Shown one piece after another: positions 40,913-54,967 of a DNA stretch of 64,000 nt. The notes under the pieces were generated by a model. The model was not told the origin of the DNA. It saw nothing but the letters and a program-made list of their open reading frames with translations, and ran no database searches. The DNA comes from Ruditapes philippinarum (Eukaryota): NCBI RefSeq assembly GCF_026571515.1, contig NW_026856866.1, forward strand, positions 124,001 through 188,000, read 5' to 3'. The number at the start of each line of letters is the position of its first letter. Position 1 is the first letter of the stretch. The translations under genes were made by a program, and so were the position numbers.

Positions 40913-43361
40913 CTGATATATGTATATTTGCGGACAAAAAAAGTATCAATGTTGTTTGTGGTCCAAAAAGGTATTCCAAAGTATCTTGCTTTCTTAACAT
41001 TAACAAGAATTGATTGATAAACAATGTTAAATACAATTACATCTGAATCACTCACTTTAAATGATGATTTGTTTTTGCTTTAATATATAAATATCAAAAA
41101 CAAAAGCAACATTGTCCGTAATTGCTAAGATGTCACATGGCATTTTTAAAAATTTGCTACAACCATTGCAAATGGTGTTGATGGAAGAACAACTGTAGCA
41201 AATCCATCCATAAGGGATCCTGTTGTATTTTTTTTCAGTTTTATTGCATAGTACGGATAAAATAGCCATCCTTTGGAAATAGTTTACACTTAAAGGACAT
41301 AAAATGAAACAAATTAGTTCATAATAATCTTTTTTTTTTCGAATATTAAAATTTCTAAATATTTTGCCTAGTGTTTTTTCTTTGCAAATTTTGCAGCGGA
41401 TTGGAAAGGGATATAAATCTTATCTAAAATCAAAGCTATTAACATTAAATTAGACGAGCAAATTTATATATTTTTATGATTTCGGATTAAATGTTGTCAA
41501 TACAACAATTTTATATTTTGTTTTTCATGTGCTTGTTTTCAAGCCTTTAAACACATGGATTGTGCGACATAGTGCATTATTTTTGTTGCCGAAACCCATT
41601 AAGATTATGAAATGAAAACGTGAACACACTTCATTTTTTGTCTATAAATGTTTTTTATCTTTAAATGGTATCAAATACCATAATTTAGAAATCTTTTCGT
41701 AACCTTTACATATGAAATTAAGACGCTAACATCTTTGTAAAAAGCCATGGTTTCTACGCTATATTGAATAAAATGATAACAAAAATATTGAAGTAAAATA
41801 ATGGCCGAAACTTCTTATATATATCATTGTTTTAAAGTACAGTAATGACTTTTAATTTATAGCAATAGTCTAAAATGCATGAAATACAGCTTATTTCAAA
41901 ATAATTTTCAACTGAAAGATTGTTACTTATTGTTAATGACATGTTTTCTTCTGCCAAGTCAATACAGTAGACAAAAAATTTGAAAATCCATGTCCATCAA
42001 CAATTACAACTGTTAATGTCATAAAATGGACTTGACCAAAATATTGATCAGAAGTAAAAAATGCAGTAAAGTTTTCCAATGTTGTTTTATTAATTTGTGT
42101 GCATGAATACATAAAAGTAAAAGTAAGGAAGTGGTTAAGCATGGAAAACCATTTTCAAAACAAAAGAAGGAAAAAGGGCCAAAAGAAGTTTTGAAACAAA
42201 TACTACACATTTAAAAACGCGTTCATCCTTACTTTCAGTAGAGTCTTTCAAACAGAATTTTGAAGGACCCTGCCTTCAGTGTTTGAATTGTCGGATGGAC
42301 CATCATTAAACCCGAGACACATACATATTTAACAATATCACCGGGGATTAAAACACAAAAATGCTTATCTAAAAAGAAGAAGTTTGGTATTAGAAATATG
42401 AGAAAGAATATTTGAAATCTTGTCATCATAAGGCTGACAGGGTGGTATTATTAATCTGACAATTCCTTCAATTCATTTACACATATTGTTTCCGTATATT
42501 TAGATAATCTAGATGATGATGATAGTTTAGTTTAAGATTATGTTACCATATAAATCAAGGAAATGGTTCTTGGCTTAAATGAGAATGAAATGCAGGTTTC
42601 AATTTTTCGGTGCAAACGGCCAATTTTTTAACTTCAAACATTAAAATATTGCCTAGGTAATATTCAGGATATCCTGGAATCATGCAAACAAATCGTCAGA
42701 GTATATATATTATTCTAAAGAATATATTTTAAGGCATAAACAATGCTTAAACAAACAGATTTTTTTAAAAATACTTGTTTAATATGTCTTACCGTTTGAT
42801 GGACGGTGCCCTCGATGTCGCCTGCTACTAGTATCATGTGATATAAATTTAAAGTTACACTGCTTCTTTAAGAATTTTATGCATATCTTCCACTTACAAT
42901 GACAACAATATGTTATGTAATAAATCAAACAGTGGTTACAGCATTTAAAACTGCGAATCACTTATAAATATTTTACCGTACGCACATGACCGGATAATTT
43001 TTGCAATCTTCTAATGTAAAATTGAAATTAAAAGTATATTTATTATGTGAAATAACTGAATTCATCCAACCAAATCAAATTTGATGACAACAGACATGTT
43101 GTTACTGGAGCATATCAAATATTGACTCAAAACACCACCCGTTACATTGAACGAGAGGATAAAAAATGGCCATTTTGAAATTATTAGTATCACACAAAGA
43201 GAAATTTTAAAATGTTATAGATATAAACGTACCTTGTATAGATCAGGATGCTGTTGGAACAAAATGGCCAACTCGTGGAAAAAGGTGCGGTTTCCTTGAA
43301 TCCTCTAGATGCTGTCGGCTCTAATGATTTGATTGGATGATTTATACTCATAAATTAAAAC
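40913..43361 (-). pseudogene. Possible decayed multi-exon gene of unknown family
   Basis: Series of exon-sized blocks ending at minus-strand donors (43232, 42792, 42232, 40912) with protein-like but stop-interrupted translations; no family recognised. Confidence 0.3.
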
Positions 43362-44434
43362 CTGAAGCATATGTTAAACATTGATTGATCACATGACAAC
43401 ATGACAATATTGACATAATGTACTGAATGCAAATTGCTAAAGTATAATCCTTTCATTGAAGATATTTTTTCTGTACAATCATGTGCAGATAATATTTCCA
43501 CACGATTTTGGACTTGTAAAAATCTGAACTATGCAATGTGGCCTGCAAGTAACTCTACAAAATATGCATGTCCAGTAAATGACGTATCCAAAGACCATTT
43601 TTAACAACGACAAAGCTAGTGAACAGAATGTTCTTAAACTTTAAATCGTATTTGAAACTTTTTTTGAAAGAAGAAAAAAAAACAAATTGAGGGGCCCTGG
43701 TTCTACTTTTTGAGTTTTCTGCCACCTTTTATGAGCGGCAAACTCAAAAACTTAAACAAACAAAACCTAATTCAGTTTCAAATTTGTATTTACTACTGAA
43801 TTCCTTGACACTGTGCAATCATTGTGCAACATTTGCTTAGGTTCTATGCAATAGGTTTTATTCTTTTGCTGTTTATGTGAAGTGTAATAGACCATTGTTC
43901 CATTTATACCCCTTTTAGAAGAAAATTCCTGCAGGACTGACTACTCATTGAAACATAGCAAAATGTGTGTAGGATGGAATTATTATAAACTTTGCATAGT
44001 AATTGAAAATGAAATAACAAAGAATTGTTTGAAATAAATAAGATGTCGATATGATTTGTGTTGAGTTGTCTGCTTTTGATAATGACCTAAAAATGTAAAA
44101 AAAAAACCTAATTTTCAGAGCCCCAATATTTTCATTAATCTATTTCAATTAAAATTCTCTTTCATCAAGCAAATTTTATTAATTAAATATAATATTTTAC
44201 TTTTTTCAATGTAAAATATGAAGGAACTATAGGAATCATCTTTAAATAAATAAAATAAAGTTCACATTAGTCACGTGACAACTTTCAGACACACGTGATG
44301 GAAATCATAAACGAGCTTCACTGAGGCAAATATAATATGAAAACAAGATATGTAGATAAATTGATACCTTTAAAATGGAAAAAAATCTGCAAAGGCTAAT
44401 AAAATGATATACTCAGAATAAAAAATTGAATATT

Positions 44435-44740
44435 GTTTTTTTTGTGCGATTCTTAGCCCGATTGGTCGTGTGGGGGTTGCGTTCATTGAACGCCGCTTCC
44501 TTGTTGATCTTGTTTATCATATTTTGAGTGAAAAGCGTTGCAACACTTCTTATCTTTTATGTAATTTTGGACAATGAAATATGATTACATTTGTATTCTT
44601 GAAAAGCAGGATGTGGGAATGATCTGAAAATTTGCGCACAAGTTGTTTATTGGTCCAGACCTACAACAAATGGTGCACAAATATCGGGGGAAAACATTCC
44701 AGTTCCGTCATGTCAAAAAAAACCTCAGTAGAGTACGTTT
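44435..44740 (+). repeat. Dispersed repeat family B, longer copy
   Basis: Shares three ordered blocks with 27711-27880. Confidence 0.6.
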
Positions 44741-46719
44741 TAGCAAACTAAATGATGCCTCCACAAATATTTTTTTATTCTTTCAAGAGGAGAATTTAAT
44801 GTAGAAGCATGGTGTCGATTGCAAATGTCTATAAAATTCTATTTATTTAGAAACCTGTGTGAGTTGCAGAATGTGCAAAACTGTTAACGGCATATAAATA
44901 AAATTGTGAAATGAGAATTCTAATCTTATCCGAGCACGACAAAGACCATAGGTACTTCGCTCTCGGATTGACTGGACATAGATTGACAAGGAATATTGTA
45001 TGCTATATAGCATGCCCCTTGGCACCGCCTCAAGCAGAATTCAACAGAAACAAACTTTAACTCTCCAGTCAGTGATATGAAAGATTTTCGTGATTATTGT
45101 AACATTATTTGTATTTTAAAACTTTAAAATTAGCTTTTTCATTTATTGATTTTAATCACTTATACATCGACATTTGTTAACTTTCGTGGTTCCAGCTGTA
45201 GGTGTGTTTTCATCACACGCGTTTAGCATTTGTAGAAATCAATAAAAGCTTGTGATCAAACCTTTGTTATCCCGTTACCTATTGTTTTAGAAGTTTGTGT
45301 CTCCGCACTCTACAACACGAACATCGTTACCTAAAAGTAAGAACTGTTTCACGTGCATGATGCGTGTTGGACAATTTTGCTTGGTCACGTGTTCTGTAAA
45401 TGACAATCAATAGAACAATATGTTCGGATTAAAATTAAACGTGTCCTGGCAAGTGTCTTCTGGTTCTTATCCGCACGGAAAAGTATATCTATAAAACAGC
45501 TTGTCGTGTGGAGAAAAAACTAAATTACGAAAATAAATTACGATATCGTTTCTGTTTGGATTTGTTGTCAATTTTTTAAAATAAAATAACAGTTTTTATT
45601 ATTACCTCTTTGTCTATTTTTATAATGTTAATTTCCCATAGAAGCTGGGAGGTTCTTCTTACTGTTAATGCCAGTGTACCATATGACTAATATATTTGTA
45701 CAGTTACAAAGGTAACAGTACTTTTTCACAATAAAAAAAAATGAAAACTGTAAAATTATAGAGACAAAATGACGTTTTGTTTTGGATAATAAAGTAAATA
45801 GCACATAGGTTTATGAGTAACAGCAAAAATATCATCCCTCGTAAAATACTGTAACTCTCGGCTGACTTCTCGGGTGACAGTACTTTCCTCGGAATGCTTT
45901 TTGTTATTGAAACTCAAAAAACTATGTGTTATTAATCTATGGATGTTCACTGATAAACCTATGTGTTATATATGCACTGATTTGCAAATATTTCTTCTTC
46001 CCTTAACCATTCAAATTTCTTAAGAACACACAAGCAAGCACTTTAGCAATAAGTACAAAACATGAACATTGAATCTTGTTAGAGCTGGTTTAGATAAAAA
46101 CATTGAAATAATAGAAACAGTATTTTAATGGATATATATTTGTTTTGTTACTAAATCATCTTGGTTTCGATGGTTTTGCCTCAATTTATAAACAAAACTT
46201 TATATGTGCATGTGTGTGCATCTTTATCAATAAACCCTATTTTTTTTAACAAAAAACCTGATCAATATGTAAGATTCCGACATACATGTATAATGCATTC
46301 CCTCACACGTAGGTAGATCAAACACATAAAAAACAGATTTCAATTGATGTCAGTCTCATTTTCTCTCTCTCCTTTAAAGACATATGAATACTAAATAAAA
46401 CAAACAAACCTTTAAGCCAGTGATTTTATCTGAGTTGTAAGAGTCCGTACCTCATTACTTTCAATATTCTCTTGCCAATCCTCTTTGCCTTTTACTCACA
46501 GGCGGTCCCTAAAACATTTGTCATGAACATCTTTAGACGAGAAATATTCATGTCAAAACCGATTCTTGCAATGGTAAAATGAAATAAAAGGGGGGATCAC
46601 TTTTAGATGATATTTTAATAGAAAACTGTCAATTTATCATGTCAAATTTTATTATCAGTATTTTACTCATTACTATATATCGTGTTTAAGGCCCTGTCTG
46701 TACAGGCAATCAGAAGGAT

Positions 46720-46800
46720 CATGTCGTTAAGCGGGAGATCAGAGGTTCAAATCTCGAGCTATACATCATCTTCTGTACATGATTGGCAGATTATTAACAT
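46720..46800 (+). mobile_element. Possible tRNA-derived SINE head fragment
   Basis: B-box-like GGTTCAAATCTC preceded by aagcgggagatc; too decayed for a cloverleaf. Confidence 0.3.
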
Positions 46801-48979
46801 AAATAGATTTACTAGACATCAAATATACTTTTATCGTTAATTACACCGTTTTCAAATGATGTAAAAACGACAGATTGTCAATTTACAATGTCTAATTCTT
46901 TTGATAGTAAGGTCTCTAGATGATGTCGTTGGTAAATTATGAAAAAGAAGCTTCGGTAAAGCTGGGCTTATCAAGATGGGGATGTAGGAGATATTGTGAT
47001 AGATTTCTCCCGAAAGCTCCAGAGAGGTTTTAATGCCATTAAAAGAAAAAATATTGATAACAAGTTAAATTGAACGCATGCGCTGTAAGAGGAAATTGCT
47101 TTTTAATGTTGGAAAAGTTTTAATCTGTCATTAAGATGAGGTTAGTAATAAAATGAACGAATGAAAACAAATCAATAGACATAACAAATATACGAGCCGG
47201 GCAAATGTAGTTTAAATGGCCTAAAACGAAAAAAAAATCGGTGATGAGATTTTGAAAAATAATCATAAACTGCTGAAATGAAACAAAAAAAAAATCTATC
47301 AAAAGTGATATCACTCGTGCAGTGATTCAAATTTATATTGAAAATGTAAATATAAATGATAAAATTATAAGATCTTGATATTTGATGAAAATCTTAAAAT
47401 CGTTTTCGTAAAATATTTTCTTATTAGATCTATTTTTCTTTTTCTTTTTTTTTACATTTTCGCGGATTTTTTAAAGTTTCAAGTGTATATTTTCTCTTTA
47501 GATGTTGCAACTTTTTACCATCGTCATATCAGTAATGTAAATCTTTACTCACTCTAATATAACATTAAGTAAAAAAAATAAGTAATGAATTTATTTGAAG
47601 TTGATTTCTTTTTTCATATATGCATTCTTAATATTTCACTAATTAAACCACATAGCTTTCTGCATATCTTAAAAACAACAACAACACATACACAAAAATC
47701 AGTTTTATATCCGGTCATGAATATTACAAATCCATTAAAATAAGAAGTTCATTCATGTTTAAAACACTTAACGGTACATTATGCCTCAGAATCAGCATTT
47801 GTATTCTTCTTTAGAAAAGCCAATTATGAGTTAAATATAGTTAAAATAATTGTTTTAAACATGTTAGATACTTATCACCTGAAAAAAGTAACGCTGAACC
47901 TGAAACAAGTTGCCATTGCAGCAAATATTGAAAGTAGTATTATGACTTCTATACAAAATACTAAACCACTATAACTGTGTTAATTGTTAAAAGGCGAAGC
48001 ATAAGGTGGTTCATGAAAATGGCAATTGAGTTACATTTTGGAAATTCTAACGTGGCATTCAAAATAAAAAGCTTTTGAGAAATAAAAATAAAAATTATTT
48101 CTGATGCATAATGGGCCTTTAAATATATTTACTGCACTGAGATTCCGGCAATGTTAAGGAATGTAAATCATTCTATTAATGCAATCTTTAATAGTATTTT
48201 AAATCAAAATGTTTAAATCTTCTCAAAGAAATATATGACAACTTTTATTTTCCAATATGTGTGACGAAACTTCACTTTTTATATTCCATTAAATTTTTCT
48301 CTTTTTCTCTCATGAGGTTATTAGGTAGCGCTGTACGTTTCGAACAAATTCACACAGGAAAATATGGCATAAGTTTACCCCCATTCGGAGAAATATCCCA
48401 GGAATCTTCTAACCAATATAAAAAGCATTCTGTATAAACCAAATGTATGCTAATCTATAATGCATCAAAATAATATCATAAGGACCTATGACACTGAAAT
48501 ATGCCACAAATGTAATAATGTGCGCGGTTCCTTACGTATACAATTAGGAACTTATGATTATTATGTTTTATGCCAGCAGATACGTTTTGTCTTCCATCAT
48601 AAAGCCATGCCGCATTTATTCATTGGCAATAACGTGAATAGAACAACCTGTTGGAGTGGGGTTATTCTCACAAGAGCGGTTCTTGTTTCTGTTTTCATTC
48701 ATTATAGGATTTTAAAAAAGAAATAGTTTGGGACAATGGCGCCAAATCTTGCGAGAATTCATCTGAAGCGCGAGAAAACCTCAATATAGGCTCTAATTAA
48801 ATACTGCAATCTTTTGTGACTGTAATTACACGTTAAAAGAAAAGAAAGAACAAGAAAAAGATTAAAAAATGTGTAAAAAGAATCATTGTTGTTAATTAAT
48901 TACTTTTTGCCAATAAAGATAGAGGTATTGTGCAGTGAAGTCCGAGATCTAAGAAGTCTTTACCGCACCTTGTTAAAAT

Positions 48980-49214
48980 GAGCCGTGTCATGACAAAACC
49001 AACATAATGGGTTTGCGACCAGCATGGATCCAGACCAGCCTGCGCATCCGCGCAGTCTGATCAGGATCCATGCTGTTCGCTTACAGACCCTATAACAAGT
49101 AGAGAAACTGATAGCGAACAGCATGGATCCTGATCAGACTGCGCGGATGCGCAGGCTGGTCTGGATCCATGCTGGTCGCAAACCCATTATGTTGGTTTTG
49201 TCGTGACACGGCTC
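48980..49214. mobile_element. Palindromic Sola-like MITE, copy 4 (235 bp, best preserved)
   Basis: Near-perfect arms of about 100 bp, 5'-GAG...CTC-3' termini, perfect AAAT TSD (48976-48979, 49215-49218). GAG/CTC ends with 4-bp AT-rich TSDs are properties of Sola DNA transposons. Confidence 0.95.
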
Positions 49215-49571
49215 AAATGTATTTTTGATAAGAATTTTATCCAGACAAGTTATTCCGTTTGATTTTTAATCTTACTAGAGGATTGTTCTACAAATACTTC
49301 AAAGAGAGGATTTTTTATATCTTTAATTTATTTCTTTAATTTGACTCGTTCAGTGCTTCTTTTTCTGATAAGTTTAAGTTAATATTGCATTATATTTCCA
49401 AGTTATTATTATTACTGTTAATATGTGAATGTATTATAATTACGTACATTAAATTAGTTTTATTGTTTGAAAGAATAGAATAGAACGGGGAAATAAAAAA
49501 AACTACAAAAATATATTTATAAAATTGAAATTATATGAATATTTGTGGGTGATTAACTGTACATTTTTACC

Positions 49572-49690
49572 AATGCGACCAGTGCAGTCCAAGATTAACC
49601 GGCTGACTATGGTCTGAACTCTTCGTTATAAAGTCATTTTATGTTTTGATATATACCCTAAAATGATTCATGACTTTTCCCAGGCTCTTT
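49572..49690 (-). mobile_element. Decayed, reverse-oriented relative of the 30981-31150 element
   Basis: tgcgaccagtgcagtccaagatta...ctgactatggtctgaact resembles the reverse complement of the hairpin core with an internal deletion. Confidence 0.5.
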
Positions 49691-49972
49691 GAGATATTAA
49701 GCGTGGTCAGGGGCTGTATCTATTCGTATAAAAATAATAAGAAACGTTCAGCTGGCTATTCTTCTCACACCTTACTTCCATATCTCGTTTCGGTTGTTTT
49801 TTACCAATTCAATTCAATATTTTTATTCGGCAAAAACATATACACGTCCATCGCCAATACAACATATACACAATGGCGGTATAATAGAAAGAGAAAAACA
49901 TGAAATATTATTGATTAATGCAATCATATTTCATCAACAGTAACAAAACAATAAGATAATATAGCTGATTAA

Positions 49973-50005
49973 TGACAGACAGACAGACAGACAAACATAC
50001 AGACA
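49973..50005. repeat. (GACA)n microsatellite
   Basis: gacagacagacagacagacaaacatacagac. Confidence 0.85.
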
Positions 50006-50324
50006 ATTTATTTCAATCAAATAAGGCTTTTAAGCCCATGATAACATAATAAAATCATATTTACAAGATAATGAACAGTGCATATGTTAATGTACAAAAC
50101 ATTATCACAATATAATTATGACTTCACAGGAGAAAGTCATAATAACAACTTATTAGTAAGAACGTAGAATAGTTCAAATATTAATTTGTGTTTGTCTTAC
50201 ACCCACGTACTACATATATGTTAAAATGATTGTATGAATCATTCCAATGCCCATGGACTTTATTATTATTAGAGACCTTATATATAGATGACCAGTCTTG
50301 CATTGTTACTTCAAACACCAACGG

Positions 50325-50365
50325 ACACGAGAGTCGAACCACAAACCTTCTAACTGAGCCGCTTG
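50325..50365 (-). mobile_element. Possible tRNA-derived SINE head fragment
   Basis: Minus strand reads GGCTCAGTT...GGTTCGACTC (A-box-like and B-box-like) with collapsed spacing. Confidence 0.3.
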
Positions 50366-53270
50366 ATCATAAATGACTGTTCCAATTGTTGTTTTAAAAG
50401 CATAACAAATCGTTTTATCTTAAATGTTAATTTTCAACCATATAGTAGACTATAATAGCTTTATTTTATTTATTAGACTGTAACTTTAATGGAGACCAAC
50501 AGTTATAACTGAAATAACATTTGGCTATGATATTTATTCATTATATAATGATGTTTCTTATAAATTCATTATATGCATTCAAATTTCATGTCTTTAAAAA
50601 ACAGCATCGCTAATGTTAAAATGTTATGTTTCGATTGATACACTATTTGGTTATGTATTGTCAAATTCATGAGATTTATTATCGCCATTTTATTGCATGT
50701 TGCGATTCAGAGATTAAACTGAGTCTAGAATCTGGTAGCAATTTTCTTCGAGACTCACTCACTATTGAAATAATCATTAAATAGTCGTCGTAGAAGTAGA
50801 AAAATTACATACATTACTACATTACGAAGGTAATCTTTAGAAACAATCTCTTTATAACAACGCAATGTAAAAAACAAAATTCCGTTATAATTGAATTACA
50901 ATACATGGAAAGAATGTTCCGTCGTCAAGGGTATATTACATAACAGATTATCTAGCTGATCAATCAACTATCGTTGAGCTGTGTCAAAACAGGTTTAAAT
51001 ACCGTTAACGCCGTTCTCCTGAGATCAGACCATCTCATCAGTCTAACTTAGATAGAATTTGATAATATTTAATTTCATTTAATATTAATGTTACACCGCC
51101 AATTAAAGATTTGACGAGAAAACCAGTACGGACATAAAACGTTACGACAAGTTCGGCCCCTGCCTCGACTCTGCTTTATGAATTATGTAACGGTATTTTC
51201 CCTGTGAATTGATTACTATCTACCTTACAAAGTCTGTGAAAACTGGTTACAGCACAGTCCCCTGTGAATATACAATGTTTTCGAAATCACGCTACTACAA
51301 TTTATTTTTCAGGAAGGCCTAGACTCGAACAAAACTGGCTCCTTTAGTATACATTCCCTTTTATTAAAATTGTCATATAACAACTGCTTTATAGCATATC
51401 AGAAGTTTTGTAAAACAAACTATTTCTTTGATGGCGTAAGAATTTTCTGACAGATTTTTTTTATATTTCTTATGGACATTACTAATGTGTTCCATTTATT
51501 TTACAAACGCAGACGTAAATAATGTCTAATTGACAAGCAGTTAACGTCTTCCTTTCTTAAAGTCGTTAACATTTAGCAGACGACAATTTGCATTCGTAGA
51601 ATTTCCGGTGCAGACCCTGTAATGGCAGCTTCTCTGGAACCAATGGCGAAGGAAGACACGTGGATTCATTTTCATTTCCGGTTTTAGCCAATGTCAACTT
51701 CCTCTCAAAATGGCTACCACTTGTAATCCAAAATGGCGACTGATTATCACGCGATCGTCTTGGTTAGCGTGCTGATCTTCTTATCTTTCAATGCCAGCTT
51801 CTCTGAATGGTTAGAGATCATAATTCACTGTGAGAACACTTGATTAGATGCCATCGATCCTGGTATCTTCATCTGATTGGATTTAGATTGGAAAACCCTA
51901 AGAATGTCTTGTGGAAAAGATATATTGAATTATGGCGTTCATAATATGTTTTAGCTTTAATCATAGATTATTAATTCCTCTGACTTTATCTGTTCCTAGG
52001 GATTCTTTGCAAGCAAAGAAATGATTGGGATGAAAATGAAATCGGAAAGCAAGCGCCTGAATAATTTGATATAATACACCGTATATGGCTCAAAGTTGAC
52101 GTATGGTATAAAAAATTCAAAACAAAAGTTGCGTTAAAAAGTAAACAATTCTAATAAGTTTAGACGTTGGATCATTTTCAAAGTTTTTTATCACTGAAGT
52201 ACTAAGTGATATTTGTGATGATTTTAAGAATATTTTATAAGGGAATCATTCATTGAAATAATGACTTACAATTGTGACTGACTATGCTTGTCTTTGAAAT
52301 GGTCAACGAACTGTTGCATTGACATAATAATTATTTGACAGAAATGTTTAACAAAATTTTCTAAGGAAGACGGTTGGAATAAATCTCTAGTCATTTAAAT
52401 GCAAAATTCCTTAAGGAAAACATTCTGCGAACTGTCACATCTAATCTTAAGATACTAGGATGTGTGTCAAATTAATGCAAAATAAATTGAACAGCGTCTG
52501 AGAAACAAATCTCAAAACAAAACAACAAAATAAAGACTGCATCGCCAATGCTTAGTGATCGTTTAACAATAAATCTCAACGCAACTCATTTCTGTCATAT
52601 TATATTTAAAATCTGTTATAATGCCGTTCTTCATTACTGTACGGACACTCCCATGTCTTGTAAATTTGTCATCTCGTCTCGTTTTTATTTGTACATTTCT
52701 GTTTTCTTTAAGACCGATACTTTGTTTTAAAATTCCAATTAGATGCACTTAATCAACACATTGAGATGGGAATTGCTAATTTGAAAAGGCACGTGAAAAT
52801 ATACTCTTCAGATTAATACATGCACTTGTGTCATGTGACATGCACGTGACAGTAATCTCATTTCCGCATCGCATCAAGATTGCGTTCCGTAAAGGAGTTT
52901 AATTTTTTGTTAAAGAAACAAAACTCAAGTGTTATTTCTTTTGTGCACATTAACTGCTAAATCGACCATGAACCGGGACGAACTGTTTAGAACGTATAAG
53001 AAACATTGACTGCTAATAAATGACCAAACGTCGCAGGGGTTACACTATTGCACGTGACAGGTCATATTGTATCACGTGTCATTCTATAAACGATAGCGCT
53101 CATATAATCATCAAGGAAAAGAAACAGAATGGCTAACGAAGTTGTTAGCGGTGAAAAAGCGGCCTAATTAATTAATATTATTTATTGTTGTTGTTTTTAT
53201 ATTTCAGAAGGCCACATTGGAAATAAGATATATGTGATAGCTGTTGTATATTTTTGATGTGTTACCTTCT

Positions 53271-53412
53271 NNNNNNNNNNNNNNNNNNNNNNNNNNNNNN
53301 NNNNNNNNNNNNNNNNNNNNNNNNNNNNNNNNNNNNNNNNNNNNNNNNNNNNNNNNNNNNNNNNNNNNNNNNNNNNNNNNNNNNNNNNNNNNNNNNNNNN
53401 NNNNNNNNNNNN
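53271..53412. other. Assembly gap (142 N)
   Basis: N run. Confidence 1.
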
Positions 53413-54849
53413 TGTAGTAAGTTACTAGATGTAAGTTTTCTTGCAAATGAAAACATGACAAATTCTTGAAACTGCATGTGATCAATTAACAAAGTTTCAT
53501 ATACATTTAAAAAATAAAACTCGAACGCTTTTTTTTTTGTTTTTGTTTTTTTTAAAGAGCAATAAATGTTTCAATTATGATTTAGTATGGTCAAGCATTT
53601 TTTTTCACTAGTTTACTCTTTCCTTCTTTGCCTACGTAAAAATGAAGACATTTTAAATGAAAATATTAAAAATTAGGTTCTACTAAAGACACCAAATATC
53701 CTTCATGCCAATGTAAGCTATGACTCGTTTATCAATCTAAAGTCGAAATTCATATACATGTACATGTATGATATGGCATGTATTTGTTTATATCCGTTTG
53801 ATACAATTTTGATAATTAATCAATGAATTAAGCTCAATTGTATCAATTCGTTATTTATCAAATAATTTAAAATAACAATTGTCTGTTGTACACTGTGTTC
53901 ATACAGTTACAGTTCTCAAACAAAGATATAATATATCACATGATCATAATGTAAATGAATCTCTTAAGTTTTCATTGATTTTTCAATTATTTATCCCTTA
54001 CGGCGCCCCGATAGACTCCGTTGAGTATTTATTCATCACCATTTTTAGCAAAAAAAATGGAGAAAGAAAAAAAGAAATCAAAAAGTGTTGCTGTTGCTTT
54101 TTTTACAGATAATATTCTATGATTTTGTAAATAAAGAAAATGCAAACAATGAAAGCCAGTGTTAAAATTTTAGATTTATTTTTTTTACAGTAACAGGAAT
54201 GGAACAGTCATTAACTTCAAATCTGAATTCTGAAGATACAGGCCTTGGTCTGAGTTTCACAAACAAAAGATTTTATTCACTCTAAATTAATTAAAACATT
54301 TGAAAATCAGAAAGCATAAGCGGTGCGGCAAAACTTTGTTTCTGTGATTCCGTTAAATTTATTTACAAGTAATCTTTTAAGGAGGAAAATATTTGCTCTG
54401 ATTAATGCAAAGATGAAACATTGTCCATTTTTTTTCAAAGTGGAATTACAATATCGCTGTAATTTAGATTCACACATAAAAGGGAATGTTAGAAAACAAT
54501 TCTATCACGTATGTGGGTTGAACATTATTTTTCCATCACCGTAAAATGACAATATAAATTCTCCAGGGAAAATCCGTTGCTCGTCAGAATTCGCTAAAAT
54601 ACATCAAATGAGGGTTTTGGCAAATGCGCAAGTTATCTGGCTAAATTGAACACTCCTTTATCTTGATGTAATCTCCATCCCAGGCCGTTTTGGATTTGTT
54701 TTCAATATTCGCAGTACGGTCGATTTAGGCAATATTTCCTCCATTTTTCCCTGTTAGATTGAGAAAATAAGAATTGATGCCGTTTATCGCACTGGACCAT
54801 CTTTGGAAATGTGACAAATGGTTGAAGATGGATAATTCCTGGAACGGAG

Positions 54850-54967
54850 CGACTCCGTGAACCGTGTTAACTTACGACTCCGTGTTTCAATAACTCATCT
54901 ATCTCACACTGTATTCGTAACGACCTCTATATCTCTAGTTATATTTGTAGCGACCTCTATATCTCTA
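54850..54967. repeat. Short minisatellite (about 30-bp unit)
   Basis: tatt.gta.cgacctctatatctcta at 54912-54937 and 54942-54967, preceded by two cgactccgtg copies. Confidence 0.8.

Noticed and set aside
54850-54967. Spaced short repeats resembling a CRISPR array
   Set aside because: Only 2-3 adjacent units, no unique spacers, no cas genes, eukaryotic context.
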